Source: an uncultured candidatus Porisulfidus sp.
GTDB taxonomy: Bacteria; Pseudomonadota; Gammaproteobacteria; Poriferisulfidales; Poriferisulfidaceae
Assembly (NCBI GenBank): GCA_965116025.1
Contig: OZ220480.1
Coordinates: 1,760,001 to 1,824,000 of the forward strand
Direction of reading: 5' to 3'
Length of the DNA stretch: 64,000 nt
Positions within the stretch are counted from its first letter, which is position 1; every line of letters starts with the position of its first letter. Shown here one piece after another: positions 1-10,068 of this stretch. The notes beneath the pieces were generated by a model, which searched no databases, had not been told where the DNA came from, and was given only the letters and a program-made list of their open reading frames with translations. Made by a program: the position numbers and the translations under genes.

Positions 1-36
1 AGTATGCGCGCGTTCACCCTCTGGCCCGCCCCCGCG

Positions 37-579
37 ATGGCCCGCAAGATTTTTCAAAAATATCTCCCTCGCTTCCACCGGGTGAGGGACCACCATACCC
101 TTCGCCTGTTCGGGTCGGCGGCGCTGAAGGACAACCTGTGGCACCTCAACCGCCGCTCGGTCGCGCGCGCCTTCTCGATCGGCGTGTTCTGCGCGCTCCT
201 CCCCGTTCCGGGACAAATGCCGCTGGCCGCCGCGCTCGCTATTCTGTTCGCCTCCAACCTTCCTCTCTCCGTCCTTCTGGTCTGGATCACGAATCCCGTC
301 ACTATTCCTCCCATCTTCCTGACCTGCTATTGGATCGGCAGCTGGGCGCTCGGCACGCCCGAATACCATTTCGATTTCGAGTGGTCTTGGACCTGGTTCA
401 CGGAAGAGCTGCACACCGTCGGCCTGCCCCTGCTCGTTGGCTCCCTGATCTGCGGCGCCATCGGCGCGGCGGTCAGCTACTGGGGAATCCTGCTGTACTG
501 GCGATGGTACGTGGTTCGCGTCTGGCAGACCCGCCACAAACGCAGGGTCAAGAAGGTCCTGCACGACATCCTGGATTGA
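37..579 (+). CDS. DUF2062 family membrane protein
   Basis: LWHLNRRSVARAFSIG, P.P.QM and WITNPVTIPP motifs; ATG 37 preferred over ATG 4. Confidence 0.85.
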   Translation: MARKIFQKYLPRFHRVRDHHTLRLFGSAALKDNLWHLNRRSVARAFSIGVFCALLPVPGQMPLAAALAILFASNLPLSVLLVWITNPVTIPPIFLTCYWIGSWALGTPEYHFDFEWSWTWFTEELHTVGLPLLVGSLICGAIGAAVSYWGILLYWRWYVVRVWQTRHKRRVKKVLHDILD

Positions 580-584
580 TCGAC

Positions 585-1235
585 ATGCCCGCGCTGCGCT
601 CCACCGGCGTGCATGTGGCGCCCAGCGCGGCGTCGACCCAGCGAGAGCGCTTGCGACGCCTCGCCCAATCCCTTCGCCAATGCGCCCTATGCGCGGAGAA
701 ATTCGAGTCGCTCGGGCACGCGCCGAGGCCGGTCGCGAGGCTATCGGCCACGGCGCGAATCTGCGTATGCGGACAAGCTCCTGGAACCTGCGTTCATCGC
801 AGCGGGCTTCCTTTCGATGACCCGTCCGGAAAGCGCTTGCGCGACTGGATGGGCGTGGACGAAGAGACGTTCTACGACGCGAGGCGGGTCGTCACCTTGC
901 CGATGGCGTTCTGCTTTCCTGGGCAAGACCCGCGCGGAGCGGACCTGCCCCCGCCAAAAATCTGCGGCGAGCGATGGCGCGCGCGCCTGCTCGATGCCAT
1001 GCCGCGGCTGGAGCTGTTTCTGCTGATCGGATTCCACGCGCAACGCTGGCATCTCGGCGATCAATGCCGAAACTCCCTGACCGCCAACGTGGCCGCTTGG
1101 GAAGAATTCTTGCCGTCGGGCAAACTCCCTTTGCCACACCCGTCCTGGAGGAATAACGGGTGGCTCCGGAAAAATGCTTGGTTCGAGAAACAGTTGCTCC
1201 CAGTTCTGAAGAAAGCGGTTCGGTCTCATCTATGA
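585..1235 (+). CDS. Uracil-DNA glycosylase family protein
   Basis: CxxC, GQAPG, SGLPFDDPSGKRLRDW, FCFPG and LPHPSWRN motifs; upstream part of the 138..1235 ORF overlaps DUF2062 and is discarded. Confidence 0.85.
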   Translation: MPALRSTGVHVAPSAASTQRERLRRLAQSLRQCALCAEKFESLGHAPRPVARLSATARICVCGQAPGTCVHRSGLPFDDPSGKRLRDWMGVDEETFYDARRVVTLPMAFCFPGQDPRGADLPPPKICGERWRARLLDAMPRLELFLLIGFHAQRWHLGDQCRNSLTANVAAWEEFLPSGKLPLPHPSWRNNGWLRKNAWFEKQLLPVLKKAVRSHL

Positions 1236-1703
1236 GCGATCAGACTGAAAGCGGCTCATACCGCATGCAGGGCAAGGGCGGTACGCCCTCACCGATTTGG
1301 TACACTGGCGTGTAGCGTGAGTTGGTGACTAAGTTCGACCTGAAAGCATTGGAACGGCGCATGGATGAAATGGTGCTCAGTTATCAAAGCGGTATGGAGA
1401 ACGCGTGGCTTGGCTGCCCGCTCAAAGTATGGATGCCAATTTCCGATGGATAATGAACAAGCTCGGCAAAAACCCGAGAGAGCTTGGGTATCTTTTAGCT
1501 TCCATCGGCGGGATGAGGGACATCGTCAACGCGGCGTCGATTTACGTGGGCGTGAGATTGAGCCGTGACCGTTGTAAGAAGCGAACGAGGCATAGCGATT
1601 TCGTAGCCTCCGAATGGCGGGTTTGGCACTCATCACCAGGCCCGTGCTGGACCGGACGCATCAGTTCACGCCAATCCCACTATCGGGATAAACTCCCTCT
1701 CCA

Positions 1704-3944
1704 ATGAGCGCTCCCATGCGTGCACGGCCCCGAATCGTCGGATCCCAAGAGAAATTCGACCTCTCCATGCCCATTAGTAACGTGTCGCTCGCGCGGCCGC
1801 TTTTCGGGCCACGCGCGCTGGAAGACGACGATTTCCCCTTTGAAGATATCAGTTCCATCGCGACTCTGGAAAGCTGGAGGAAGGAAATCAACCGCCCTAC
1901 CTATCACATACACAAATGGTGGGCGCGACGGCTTGGAACGATCTTTCGCGCCATGATCCTAGGGGCCATGGCGCCTTCCGGCGCGGAAATCATGGACCTC
2001 TTCTATCGACCCGCGCGGCTGAAGAACGCGGTGATCTTCGACCCTTTCATGGGGAGTGGAACCACCATAGGAGAGGCGGCTAAGATGGGCGCGCGGGCGA
2101 TTGGGCGCGATATCAACCCAGTCGCGCGTTTTCTCGTTCGAAACGCCATGTCCCGCCATGATCGTCAAAAAATCTTGACGGAATTCGCTTTGATCGAACG
2201 AGACGTCTCCCCCAGCATTCGATCCTTCTACAAGACGTTCCTGCCGGATGGTCAGTCCGCGGAAGTTCTTTACTATTTCTGAGTCAAGGTCGTCCCTTGT
2301 CCCAACTGCCAGCATGGAGTCGACCTCTTCTCCTCTCGAATTTTCGCGCGGCATGCCGACGCGAAACGGAATCCTGAAGTTCGTTCGGTATGCCCCTCAT
2401 GCGGAGAGATCTGCACGTCGCTCCATGACGATGAAGAAGTCCACTGCAAGTCGTGCGGAGCGCGATTCGACCCACATTCCGGACCAGCGAACGGACAAAA
2501 AGCGATTTGTCCCGAATGTCATAGCAAGTTCCAGATCGCTCGGGCGATTCGAGAGACTGGACAGCCGCCCGAGCACAGGCTTTACGCGAAACTCGCGCTC
2601 CTCGAGGATGGCTCCAAGCGATACGTCGCCGCGATGAAGGAAGACCGAGAATCGTACGCTGCCGCCTCCCGTCAGCTCTCGGAGCGCGTCAATCCATATC
2701 CGATAGTGAATATCGAGCCAGGTCACAACACGAATCAAGCGCTCGGCTATAACTACCGATATTGGCATCAGATGTTCAACGACCGACAATTGCTGTGCCT
2801 ATCGATCTTGGCGGAGAGAATTCGCGACATTGACGAACCGGTTTCGCGCGAGCTGTTCGCTTGTCTCTTCTCGGGCGCGCTCGAATTCAACAATATGTTC
2901 GCCTCTTACAAAGGCGAGGGCACGGGCGCGGTGCGACATATGTTCGCGCATCATATCCTGAAGCCGGAGCGGACCCCACTGGAAGCGAATGTATGGGGAA
3001 CGCCCAAAAGCTCCGGCTCATTCATGACTCTGTTTAAGAGCCGTCTCTGCCGCGCGTTGAATTACGCGGATAATCCCTTCGAGCTTCGCCTAAAATCTCA
3101 AACCGGAAGAAAAAGCGGCGAAAAGGTTTTTGGCCTGTCGGACCAGATTGGCTTTGATCTCGCGAAAGATTACGCTGACTTCGCGTCCGGAAAGCGAGTC
3201 TATCTGTCGTGCGGCGATTCCAGTGGCACCGATTTGCCGGACCGGTCGGTCGACGCGGTCATTACCGATCCTCCATTTTTCGACAATGTCCACTACTCCC
3301 AGCTCGCCGACTTCTTCTACGTCTGGCAACGACACCTTCTGGGCCCAAGCGACTGCTTGGAAAGCCATACGACCCGGTCGTCAGCCGAGGTGCAGAATAC
3401 CGATGTCGATAAATTCGCGGATCGCCTTTCCGCCGTATGGTCCGAAGCGTATCGCGTTCTGAAAGACGATGGCGTCCTAGCGTTCACCTACCATCACTCG
3501 CGCCATGACGGCTGGCAAGCGATCCTCCGGTCCCTCCTCGCGGCCGACTTCGGCATTACGGCGGTCCAGCCAGTCAAGGCCGAAATGTCCGTAGCGGTAC
3601 CGAAACGCCAAGCGAAAGAGCCTATCAGCCTTGACGTGATTCTGGTCTGCCGCAAGAAATCCCAACTTCCCCGACAAGGATGTACCGAGGAGAATTCTTG
3701 GAGCGCGGTAACCCATGCCGCGGCGAGTCAGGTCAAGCGTCTGCGCGACAATGGCCACCGCCTAAGCAGGAGCGATGTCCGAGTGATCTTTATGGCGCAA
3801 CTTCTCCGGCGACTGGCCCGCGTTCCATGTCTCGACGAGGCACTGGCCTCTCTGGATAGCCTCTCTCCCAAGGTCGAGACGACTATCACCGCGTTGCACG
3901 ACGACGAGGCGAAAAGCCCTCTGGAATCGCCAACATGCTTTTAA
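1704..3944 (+). pseudogene. Zn-ribbon-containing amino-DNA methyltransferase (DUF1156/COG1743-like) with one in-frame TGA at 2280-2282
   Basis: ORFs 1704..2282 and 2634..3944 share a frame. Reading through YYF*VK gives an open segment with four CxxC pairs (CPNC, CPSC, CKSC, CPEC). HKWWARR, DPFMGSGT (motif I) and TDPPF (motif IV) are present. Confidence 0.85.
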
Positions 3945-4679
3945 GCTCAACCATCTTCAAGGAATGCGTGCAGGCTATTCGTGACGGGGCGCTCGTTGAG
4001 CGAGAGAATCGACGCGACAAAGAATTTCATTTTCAAAGATGGTTCAAAGCCCGGCTCGACCGGATTGGAGAGGATTTCAACGAGTCTGGACGGAATTCCT
4101 ATCCTGACTTTCAGTTCGTTCACCATGCGGAAGGCTATGAGGTTAAAGGGCTGGCATACCCCGGACGGGAAACCAGCTACGATTGCAATAGCCAGATTCC
4201 TCAAGGAGAGCATAAGCGAGCATCAGATTCTGTACGTGTTCGGGCGCTATCCGCGCGACCCTGATGGCGACAAATACCCGGTCTTTGATTTGGTCATATG
4301 CCATGGCGACTTTCTGAACGCTGATAACGCCTATGTTCACAAGAATAGCAGCTTTTGCGGCTTTGGAAACTATGGCGACATATTGGTTCGCGATAGAAAA
4401 ATGTACGTCGCTCCGACTCCCTTCGCGCTCGTGGAGGGGATGGCCCACCACCGAACGTTGATACTTCCAAAGAATATGCCAGCCGGTCCTGGCTTATGCG
4501 AAATCGCTATTCTGGTCAGGCGAGAAGCGGAGCGAATAATTGTGGCGTACGATTTCGATTTACAAACTAATGAACTCAACACGATCACCGCGACCAATCC
4601 GAACGCGAATCAGGAGCATACTTTCGTAGCCTACCGCGTGGATGGAGATCCGATGGAACCCGTGACGATGCGAGAATGA
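3935..4679 (+). pseudogene. Putative type II PD-(D/E)xK restriction endonuclease, frameshifted near 4210-4222
   Basis: YPDF...GYEVKG catalytic-type motif in 3935..4264; protein-like sequence continues in the +1 frame (QILYVFGRYP...RDRKMYVAPTPF); overlaps the end of the methylase. Confidence 0.65.
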
Positions 4680-4749
4680 TCTTGATATGGAAAAATCGGC
4701 CCACCACGGCTGCATAAAATATTTTCCCTGCTGAATTGAAGAGTGACTC

Positions 4750-5118
4750 ATGCCCCAAGTGACTTCAAATCTGTCAAATGCTCTGTATAAAAGTGTGCGA
4801 TCTCACTCTAAGGCACAACATCTTTCTATAGCGGAAATTGTTCGCAGAAGCATCGAATACTACCTCGATAATCATGAGACGCTACCGGACTCTTTCAGAA
4901 AGTCGGCAAATTCTTACCGGGACAAGATCAAGGATGAGTCGCTCGATATAGACGATGAACAATATACGAATCTGATGAACGAGGTAGAACGTATGCGGAA
5001 TAGTGTGCAAGTGCTTGAAATCGAGGGCTTGCTTGACGCATTCAATGATTTTTCTGATGGGCTGACCGTGGCCCGAGCCAATCAAATTAAAAAACGAAAT
5101 GAAGCCGATTCGCATTAG
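4750..5118 (+). CDS. Ribbon-helix-helix (CopG-like) domain protein
   Basis: N-terminal QVTSNL..LY......A....SIAEIVRRSIEYYL pattern; AT-rich. Confidence 0.55.
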   Translation: MPQVTSNLSNALYKSVRSHSKAQHLSIAEIVRRSIEYYLDNHETLPDSFRKSANSYRDKIKDESLDIDDEQYTNLMNEVERMRNSVQVLEIEGLLDAFNDFSDGLTVARANQIKKRNEADSH

Positions 5119-5182
5119 CAAGTATCAGTTCTCGAAATCGAATGTCCCACACAGATGCGATGCTATGGTCTGGCGATGACGC

Positions 5183-5398
5183 TTAGGCGAGTAAATCACG
5201 CTTGGCTTTCTCCCAATCAAGAATGGGATCATCAGGATCGCGGAGCCTCTCCAACGATATCGCGATGTCTTCGAAATCCTCGAGATGATTTCTAATCGCT
5301 TCACGAATAACCTCCACCCGACTCCATTTTTGCTGAGCGGCGGTAGAGTCCAGAGCCTGCAGCAGCAAATCAGGCAAACGCGCGGTTATTTGGCGCAT
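5183..5398 (-). CDS. RHH/CopG, RelB-like antitoxin
   Basis: QITARLP...LD..A.....SR.EVIREAI..HLEDFED with acidic tail LDWEKAKRDL. Confidence 0.75.
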   Translation of the reverse strand: MRQITARLPDLLLQALDSTAAQQKWSRVEVIREAIRNHLEDFEDIAISLERLRDPDDPILDWEKAKRDLLA

Positions 5399-5646
5399 GA
5401 GGTCACTCGCGAACGAGTCCCTAGGGGGTCAAATATAACGAATATTATCCCGCGGTCACCGCGCGTTCCTGCGACGCGCTCTCGCGAACGAGTAGCGGGA
5501 GCGACGCTCTCCCGACATGTGAATCTGGAAAATGCCGCATAACGCCCGAACTTCTTCCATTCTCACGCATAAGGATAGAAGTTGCCACGAAACGCTGTCA
5601 CCAGGCCCAAGGAAACCTCGCCGAATCTTTTCGACTGGCGACGCGA

Positions 5647-5874
5647 TCACGCGCGCTTTCCAGCCAGCCAGCGATAGGCGAAGACGAAGCATGCCTGGAT
5701 GTCTTCCCGCTCGAGAAATGGATATTCGCTGAGTATCGTCTCCACGTCGTCTCCCGCCGCCAGCTTTCCCAAGACATGTTCCACCGCGATCCGCGTGTCC
5801 CGGATGATTGGCTTGCCGCCAAAAACGTCGGGTCGGGTAGTGACGCGGTCCAGCAGTTCGGCTTCTTTTGTTAT
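5647..5874 (-). pseudogene. DUF433 family (VapB45-like) antitoxin with ATA at the expected start
   Basis: Manual translation ITKEAELLDRVTTRPDVFGGKPIIRDTRIAVEHVLGKLAAGDDVETILSEYPFLEREDIQAC; AGGAAAG lies 4 nt before the ATA; not in the ORF track. Confidence 0.8.
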
Positions 5875-6005
5875 GCGTCTTTCCTGTCCGTTCTTCCTAG
5901 GTTTCCGAACGCTGGATGATGCCGGTCACCGACCTGGGATCGGTTTCCGGGCCGCCATCGGATTAATGGAACCGGGGCGCGCGGGATTATCGCGCCGAGG
6001 CACCT

Positions 6006-6689
6006 TTACCATTCTCTGACCGCCCGCCCTTCCGACAAACGATATCCTACTTCCATCGCTTTCGCCAATGCCTTGTCGTGGGTGACCAACGCCAGCGCGC
6101 TTCCACGCTCAGCGTTCAACTCCCGCATGAGATCGAACGCCTCATGCGCCGTATGGGGGTCCAAATTGCCGGTCGGCTCGTCCGCCAGAACGATGTCGGG
6201 ATCCATGACCAGCGCTCGACATACCGCGACCCTTTGCCTTTCTCCGCCAGACAACTCGCCCGGGCGATGCTGCAGGCGGTCTTCCATATCCACTCTCCTT
6301 AGCAACTCCACGGCTTTCTCGCGCGACTCCTCGGGCGGAAGCCCTCCGATCAGAGGCGACATCATCACGTTTTCCAGGGCGGAAAACTCCGGCAAAAGAT
6401 GGTGCATCTGATACACGAAACCCAAGTTCCTGTTACGTAGTCGGGCCAATTCCGAGTCCTCCAGCGCATCCACGCGCCGTCCCCCGATCTCGATCACTCC
6501 GGAATCGGGGCGATCCAGGCCCGCGAGCAGGTGCAGCAACGTGCTTTTCCCGCACCCGGAGGTCCCGAAAATCGCCACGCTCTCTCCTCTCGGAATTTCC
6601 AGATTCAGGTCTCGCAAGACCTCCACACGAATCTTCCCGGAGCCGAATGATTTGCCCAGCCCGGAACAGCGAAGGACCGGGTCATTCAT
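6006..6689 (-). CDS. lolD: Lipoprotein-releasing ABC transporter ATPase
   Basis: GTSGCGKST, GFVYQMHHLL, LSGGERQR, DEPTGNLD; follows the LolC/E permease. Confidence 0.95.
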   Translation of the reverse strand: MNDPVLRCSGLGKSFGSGKIRVEVLRDLNLEIPRGESVAIFGTSGCGKSTLLHLLAGLDRPDSGVIEIGGRRVDALEDSELARLRNRNLGFVYQMHHLLPEFSALENVMMSPLIGGLPPEESREKAVELLRRVDMEDRLQHRPGELSGGERQRVAVCRALVMDPDIVLADEPTGNLDPHTAHEAFDLMRELNAERGSALALVTHDKALAKAMEVGYRLSEGRAVREW

Positions 6690-7932
6690 AGCGCAGGACC
6701 TCGGCCGGCATGACCTGGAGCACCTTGCGCGCGGGGTAGAGAGCGGCGATCACCGACAGAGCGATCGAGGCCCCGGCCGCGATCAGAACGTCTCCCCAGA
6801 GCAGCTGTGAGGGAATTTCGCTAATGTAGTAAACCTCTGGTGAGAAGAGCTTGAAACTAAACAGTTTCTCAATCAGCCCCACGACTACTTGAAGGTTAAG
6901 CGACAAGGCCACTCCGCCTCCGATTCCGAGCGCCGTGCCCCCGAGCCCGATGGCCAGTCCTTGCAGCATGAAGATCTGCAGCGTTCCGCGACGGGTCATG
7001 CCCAAGGTGCGAAGCACGGCGATATCGGAGCGTTTCTCCAGCACCGTCATCAGCAACGCGGAGATGATATTGAACGCCGCCACCAGCACGATCAGCATCA
7101 GCAGAAGGAACAGCATGGTCTTCTCCATTTGGACCGCCTTGAAGAATCCATTGTCCAGTTTCGACCAGTCCAGCACCCAGTAGCGCTTCCCCAACTCCTC
7201 GCGGAGCCGGTCGGCGAGCCATGGAGCCTTGAACAGATCTCGCAGGCGCGCCTTCACTCCGCCCACTTCGCCCTCACCTAGCGCCAGCGCTTGGCGAGCG
7301 TCGTCCAGATGCAGCAAGGCTAGATGGCGATCATAGGTTCGCATGTCCAGATCGAATATTCCGACCACCTCGAAACGCCGGAATTTTGGGAGAAGCCCAG
7401 CGATCGTGCTGGTCGCGCGCGGCACGATCAAGGTCACCTGGTCACCCACCCGCGCCTTCAGGTGCGCGGCCAACTCGTCCCCCAGCACGATTCGGTACGC
7501 GCCCGATTCCAGCTGGTCCAGGCTACCTTCGGCCATATGCCGGGCGATTCGCGACGTTCGCGTTTCCGGTTCCGGCAACATGCCGCGTAGTCCAACCCCG
7601 CTGACGCGATCCCGGAACAGCAACATCCCCTGCCCTTCGATAAACGGCGCGCTAGCGACTATTTCTGGGAACGTCTCCAGCCGTTCCGCCAGATCTTCCC
7701 AGTTCCGCAATCGCCGGCCCGGCTCGCTGACGCTGATATGAGACACCATTCCCAGCAATCGATCCCGAATCTCGGTATGAAACCCGTTCATGACGGACAT
7801 GACGGCGATCACCGCGGTCAACCCGAGCGCGATGCCTAGAGTCGAGACCAGCGAGATGAACGAGATGAAGCGATGCCGGTGGCGCGCCCGCAGATAGCGG
7901 AGACCGATGTACAGGGGGACTGGGAGGCTCAT
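6682..7932 (-). CDS. Lipoprotein-releasing ABC transporter permease (single LolC/E type)
   Basis: IGLRYLR, FISFIS, VMSVMNGF, VAAFNI, DIAVLRTLG, YPAR...PAEVLRYE. Confidence 0.93.
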   Translation of the reverse strand: MSLPVPLYIGLRYLRARHRHRFISFISLVSTLGIALGLTAVIAVMSVMNGFHTEIRDRLLGMVSHISVSEPGRRLRNWEDLAERLETFPEIVASAPFIEGQGMLLFRDRVSGVGLRGMLPEPETRTSRIARHMAEGSLDQLESGAYRIVLGDELAAHLKARVGDQVTLIVPRATSTIAGLLPKFRRFEVVGIFDLDMRTYDRHLALLHLDDARQALALGEGEVGGVKARLRDLFKAPWLADRLREELGKRYWVLDWSKLDNGFFKAVQMEKTMLFLLLMLIVLVAAFNIISALLMTVLEKRSDIAVLRTLGMTRRGTLQIFMLQGLAIGLGGTALGIGGGVALSLNLQVVVGLIEKLFSFKLFSPEVYYISEIPSQLLWGDVLIAAGASIALSVIAALYPARKVLQVMPAEVLRYE

Positions 7933-9119
7933 GGAACGCGCTGGTCAATGATCACTTGAACCGCCACGTTGGGGGCGACGTTGACGGGCCCTGCTTCTCC
8001 GAATAGGTCTCCGCTTCGTCGCTCAGCTAGCCCACTCTCGCTGATTCGCGCCAGCGTCATGACCTCGCTGGCCGTCGAGAGACTCATCTCAGGCAACATG
8101 GCGCGCGCGTCGTCCAATTCCACCCGCGCCGGAAGATCGCTGGCTTTTCCGCGCCAGATGGCCAGCGGCATGGGAGCGCCATCAACCCGGCGCGCATACA
8201 CGAACAAAGTCGCGTCCGGACTGTAGGAATCCGCGAGATCGGGAGCCACCGTCACTTCCACCTGCAGGGAAGCGCCGGCGGCGGGCTCGCCCGCCTCGAC
8301 GCGGGCCTCGGCTAGCCAGGCCTCGACCATGGCGCGCACTCCCTCCTCTTCTGGCGACAGAACCATGAGCAGCCGCTCCCAGTTTTTGATCGCCGCTTTC
8401 ACGTCCTCCCTTTGCCACGATGCCCATCCTGACAGCCAGAGGGCCTTCTGGTGGTTCGGGTCCAGTTCCAGCGCGCGCGCCAGATGGCCCATCGCCTCAT
8501 CCGAGAATCGATTCTCTCCCGCCATCGCCATCGCGTCCGCCAGCGCCGTAAGCGCCGAGGGGTCGGAGTATTCCAGCAGGGCGTTGGCATGCGTCCACGC
8601 GCTCACCGCCTCCTCGCCACGTTCCCGTTGGCGATAAAAATCTCCGAGTTCCGCCCAGACGCTCGCTTCTTCCGGGGTCTTCTCGACTTGTTGGAGCAAG
8701 CGCTCGTGGAGCGCTTCCACCCGCGCGTCCTCGTCCGGGGCTCCGCCGAAGACCGCGAAGCGCGTCAGCTCGCTGGACGCCAGCATGAGACCGATGCTCG
8801 CTGCCGCCACGCCCAAAGCTAGCGATCCCGCGGTCGCCACGCTTCGCCGGGTCAAGCCCGAGCGCGCGTCGTCCGCGTCCGCCACATCCTCGAGGAGGCT
8901 TCGGTCCAGCTCCGTCTCCGCCTCGCCAAACAGTTCTGGAGAAAGCCAGCCAATCTCGACATCCTCTTGCAACTCGTCCCGGCGCAAGTCGTACGCCTGC
9001 TTCAGAATTTCCCGCATGGACTCGGATCGTGGACGCTGCCGCGCCCACCATGGGTACAGGACGAAAATCAGCGCCAGCGCGAGTAGCGACAAGCATCCGA
9101 TGAAGAAACTCCACATCAA
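7929..9119 (-). CDS. ccmI: Cytochrome c biogenesis TPR protein CcmI/CycH
   Basis: Two N-terminal TMs, TPR-like segment, C-terminal TLFVYAR...PMPLA domain; last ccm gene. Confidence 0.88.
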   Translation of the reverse strand: MMWSFFIGCLSLLALALIFVLYPWWARQRPRSESMREILKQAYDLRRDELQEDVEIGWLSPELFGEAETELDRSLLEDVADADDARSGLTRRSVATAGSLALGVAAASIGLMLASSELTRFAVFGGAPDEDARVEALHERLLQQVEKTPEEASVWAELGDFYRQRERGEEAVSAWTHANALLEYSDPSALTALADAMAMAGENRFSDEAMGHLARALELDPNHQKALWLSGWASWQREDVKAAIKNWERLLMVLSPEEEGVRAMVEAWLAEARVEAGEPAAGASLQVEVTVAPDLADSYSPDATLFVYARRVDGAPMPLAIWRGKASDLPARVELDDARAMLPEMSLSTASEVMTLARISESGLAERRSGDLFGEAGPVNVAPNVAVQVIIDQRVP

Positions 9120-9553
9120 TCCGACTCCCTCTCGAGCGTTTTCTTAAGGCGCTCGCGCTCCAGCTCGGACAGGTTTCGGGACGGTCGGGCGTGACCGCGG
9201 CGAACGCCGCGCAGCAGTAGCCAGACGGCGACCGCCAGAACCACGAACGGGCCAATCCACAAAGCGATCGTGCGCGCGGCCAAGGGAGGCCGATACAAAA
9301 TAAAATCACCATAGCGCGCCTGCAGGTGCGCGATGATCTCCTCGTCGCCCAGTCCTTGGTCAACCAGATCCCGAACACGGCCGCGGAGGTCCCCGGCCAA
9401 TTCCGCGCCGGAGTCGGCCAGCGATTGGTTTTGGCAAACCAGGCAACGCAGCTCATACAGGAGATTTCGATATCTCTCGTCCGCCGCATCGTCGTTGGAG
9501 CCGCTCACGCCGCTCGCGAACAGCAAGCAGAAGCCTAGGACGGCCTTCCTCAT
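9116..9553 (-). CDS. ccmH: Cytochrome c biogenesis protein CcmH
   Basis: LRCLVCQNQSLADS and RYGDFILYRPP. Confidence 0.95.
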   Translation of the reverse strand: MRKAVLGFCLLFASGVSGSNDDAADERYRNLLYELRCLVCQNQSLADSGAELAGDLRGRVRDLVDQGLGDEEIIAHLQARYGDFILYRPPLAARTIALWIGPFVVLAVAVWLLLRGVRRGHARPSRNLSELERERLKKTLERESD

Positions 9554-10068
9554 GGGACTTCTCCTTGGACGCGCGCCAGAATCTGTTCCCGATAAGAACG
9601 CTCATCCAGCGCGCCAATATGCTTGTAGCGAATCACTCCGTCTGGGTCCAGCAAGAACGTCTCCGGCACCTTGTACACGCCTAGCTCAATCCCCACGTCG
9701 CCGCGCTCGTCAAAGGCGCTGGCGCGGTATGGGTCGCCGTGTACCTGAAGCCAGCTTCGGGCCTCGGCGCGAGTATCCCGGTGGTTGATCCCGTACAACG
9801 CCAGTCGCCGCGACAAGCGAGTTAGAAGACTGTGCTCTTCCAGACAGGTCGCGCACCAGCTCGCCCACACGTTCAACAAAATCCACTCGCCGCGAAGCGT
9901 CGTGGAATCGAAGAAATCGTCAGCTGAGGCCACGCGCTCCGCCCGAAACTCCGGCAATGGCGATCCCACCAGAGGCGAGCTCACGCGCGAAGGATCGCGC
10001 GTCAGCCCGAATCCCAGCATGGCGACCAGCCCGACGAACGCGGCCACCGCCAGCCAGCCTCGGATCAT
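9550..10068 (-). CDS. ccmG: Thiol:disulfide interchange protein CcmG/DsbE
   Basis: NVWASWCATC and GVYKVPETF; ATGA overlap with the ccmF stop. Confidence 0.93.
   Translation of the reverse strand: MIRGWLAVAAFVGLVAMLGFGLTRDPSRVSSPLVGSPLPEFRAERVASADDFFDSTTLRGEWILLNVWASWCATCLEEHSLLTRLSRRLALYGINHRDTRAEARSWLQVHGDPYRASAFDERGDVGIELGVYKVPETFLLDPDGVIRYKHIGALDERSYREQILARVQGEVP

Noticed and set aside
2280-2282. Genetic code reassignment (TGA=Trp) or selenocysteine explaining the in-frame TGA
   Set aside because: TGA ends many core genes here, often in ATGA/GTGA overlaps. The position fits Trp rather than Cys, and no SECIS-like hairpin was recognised.
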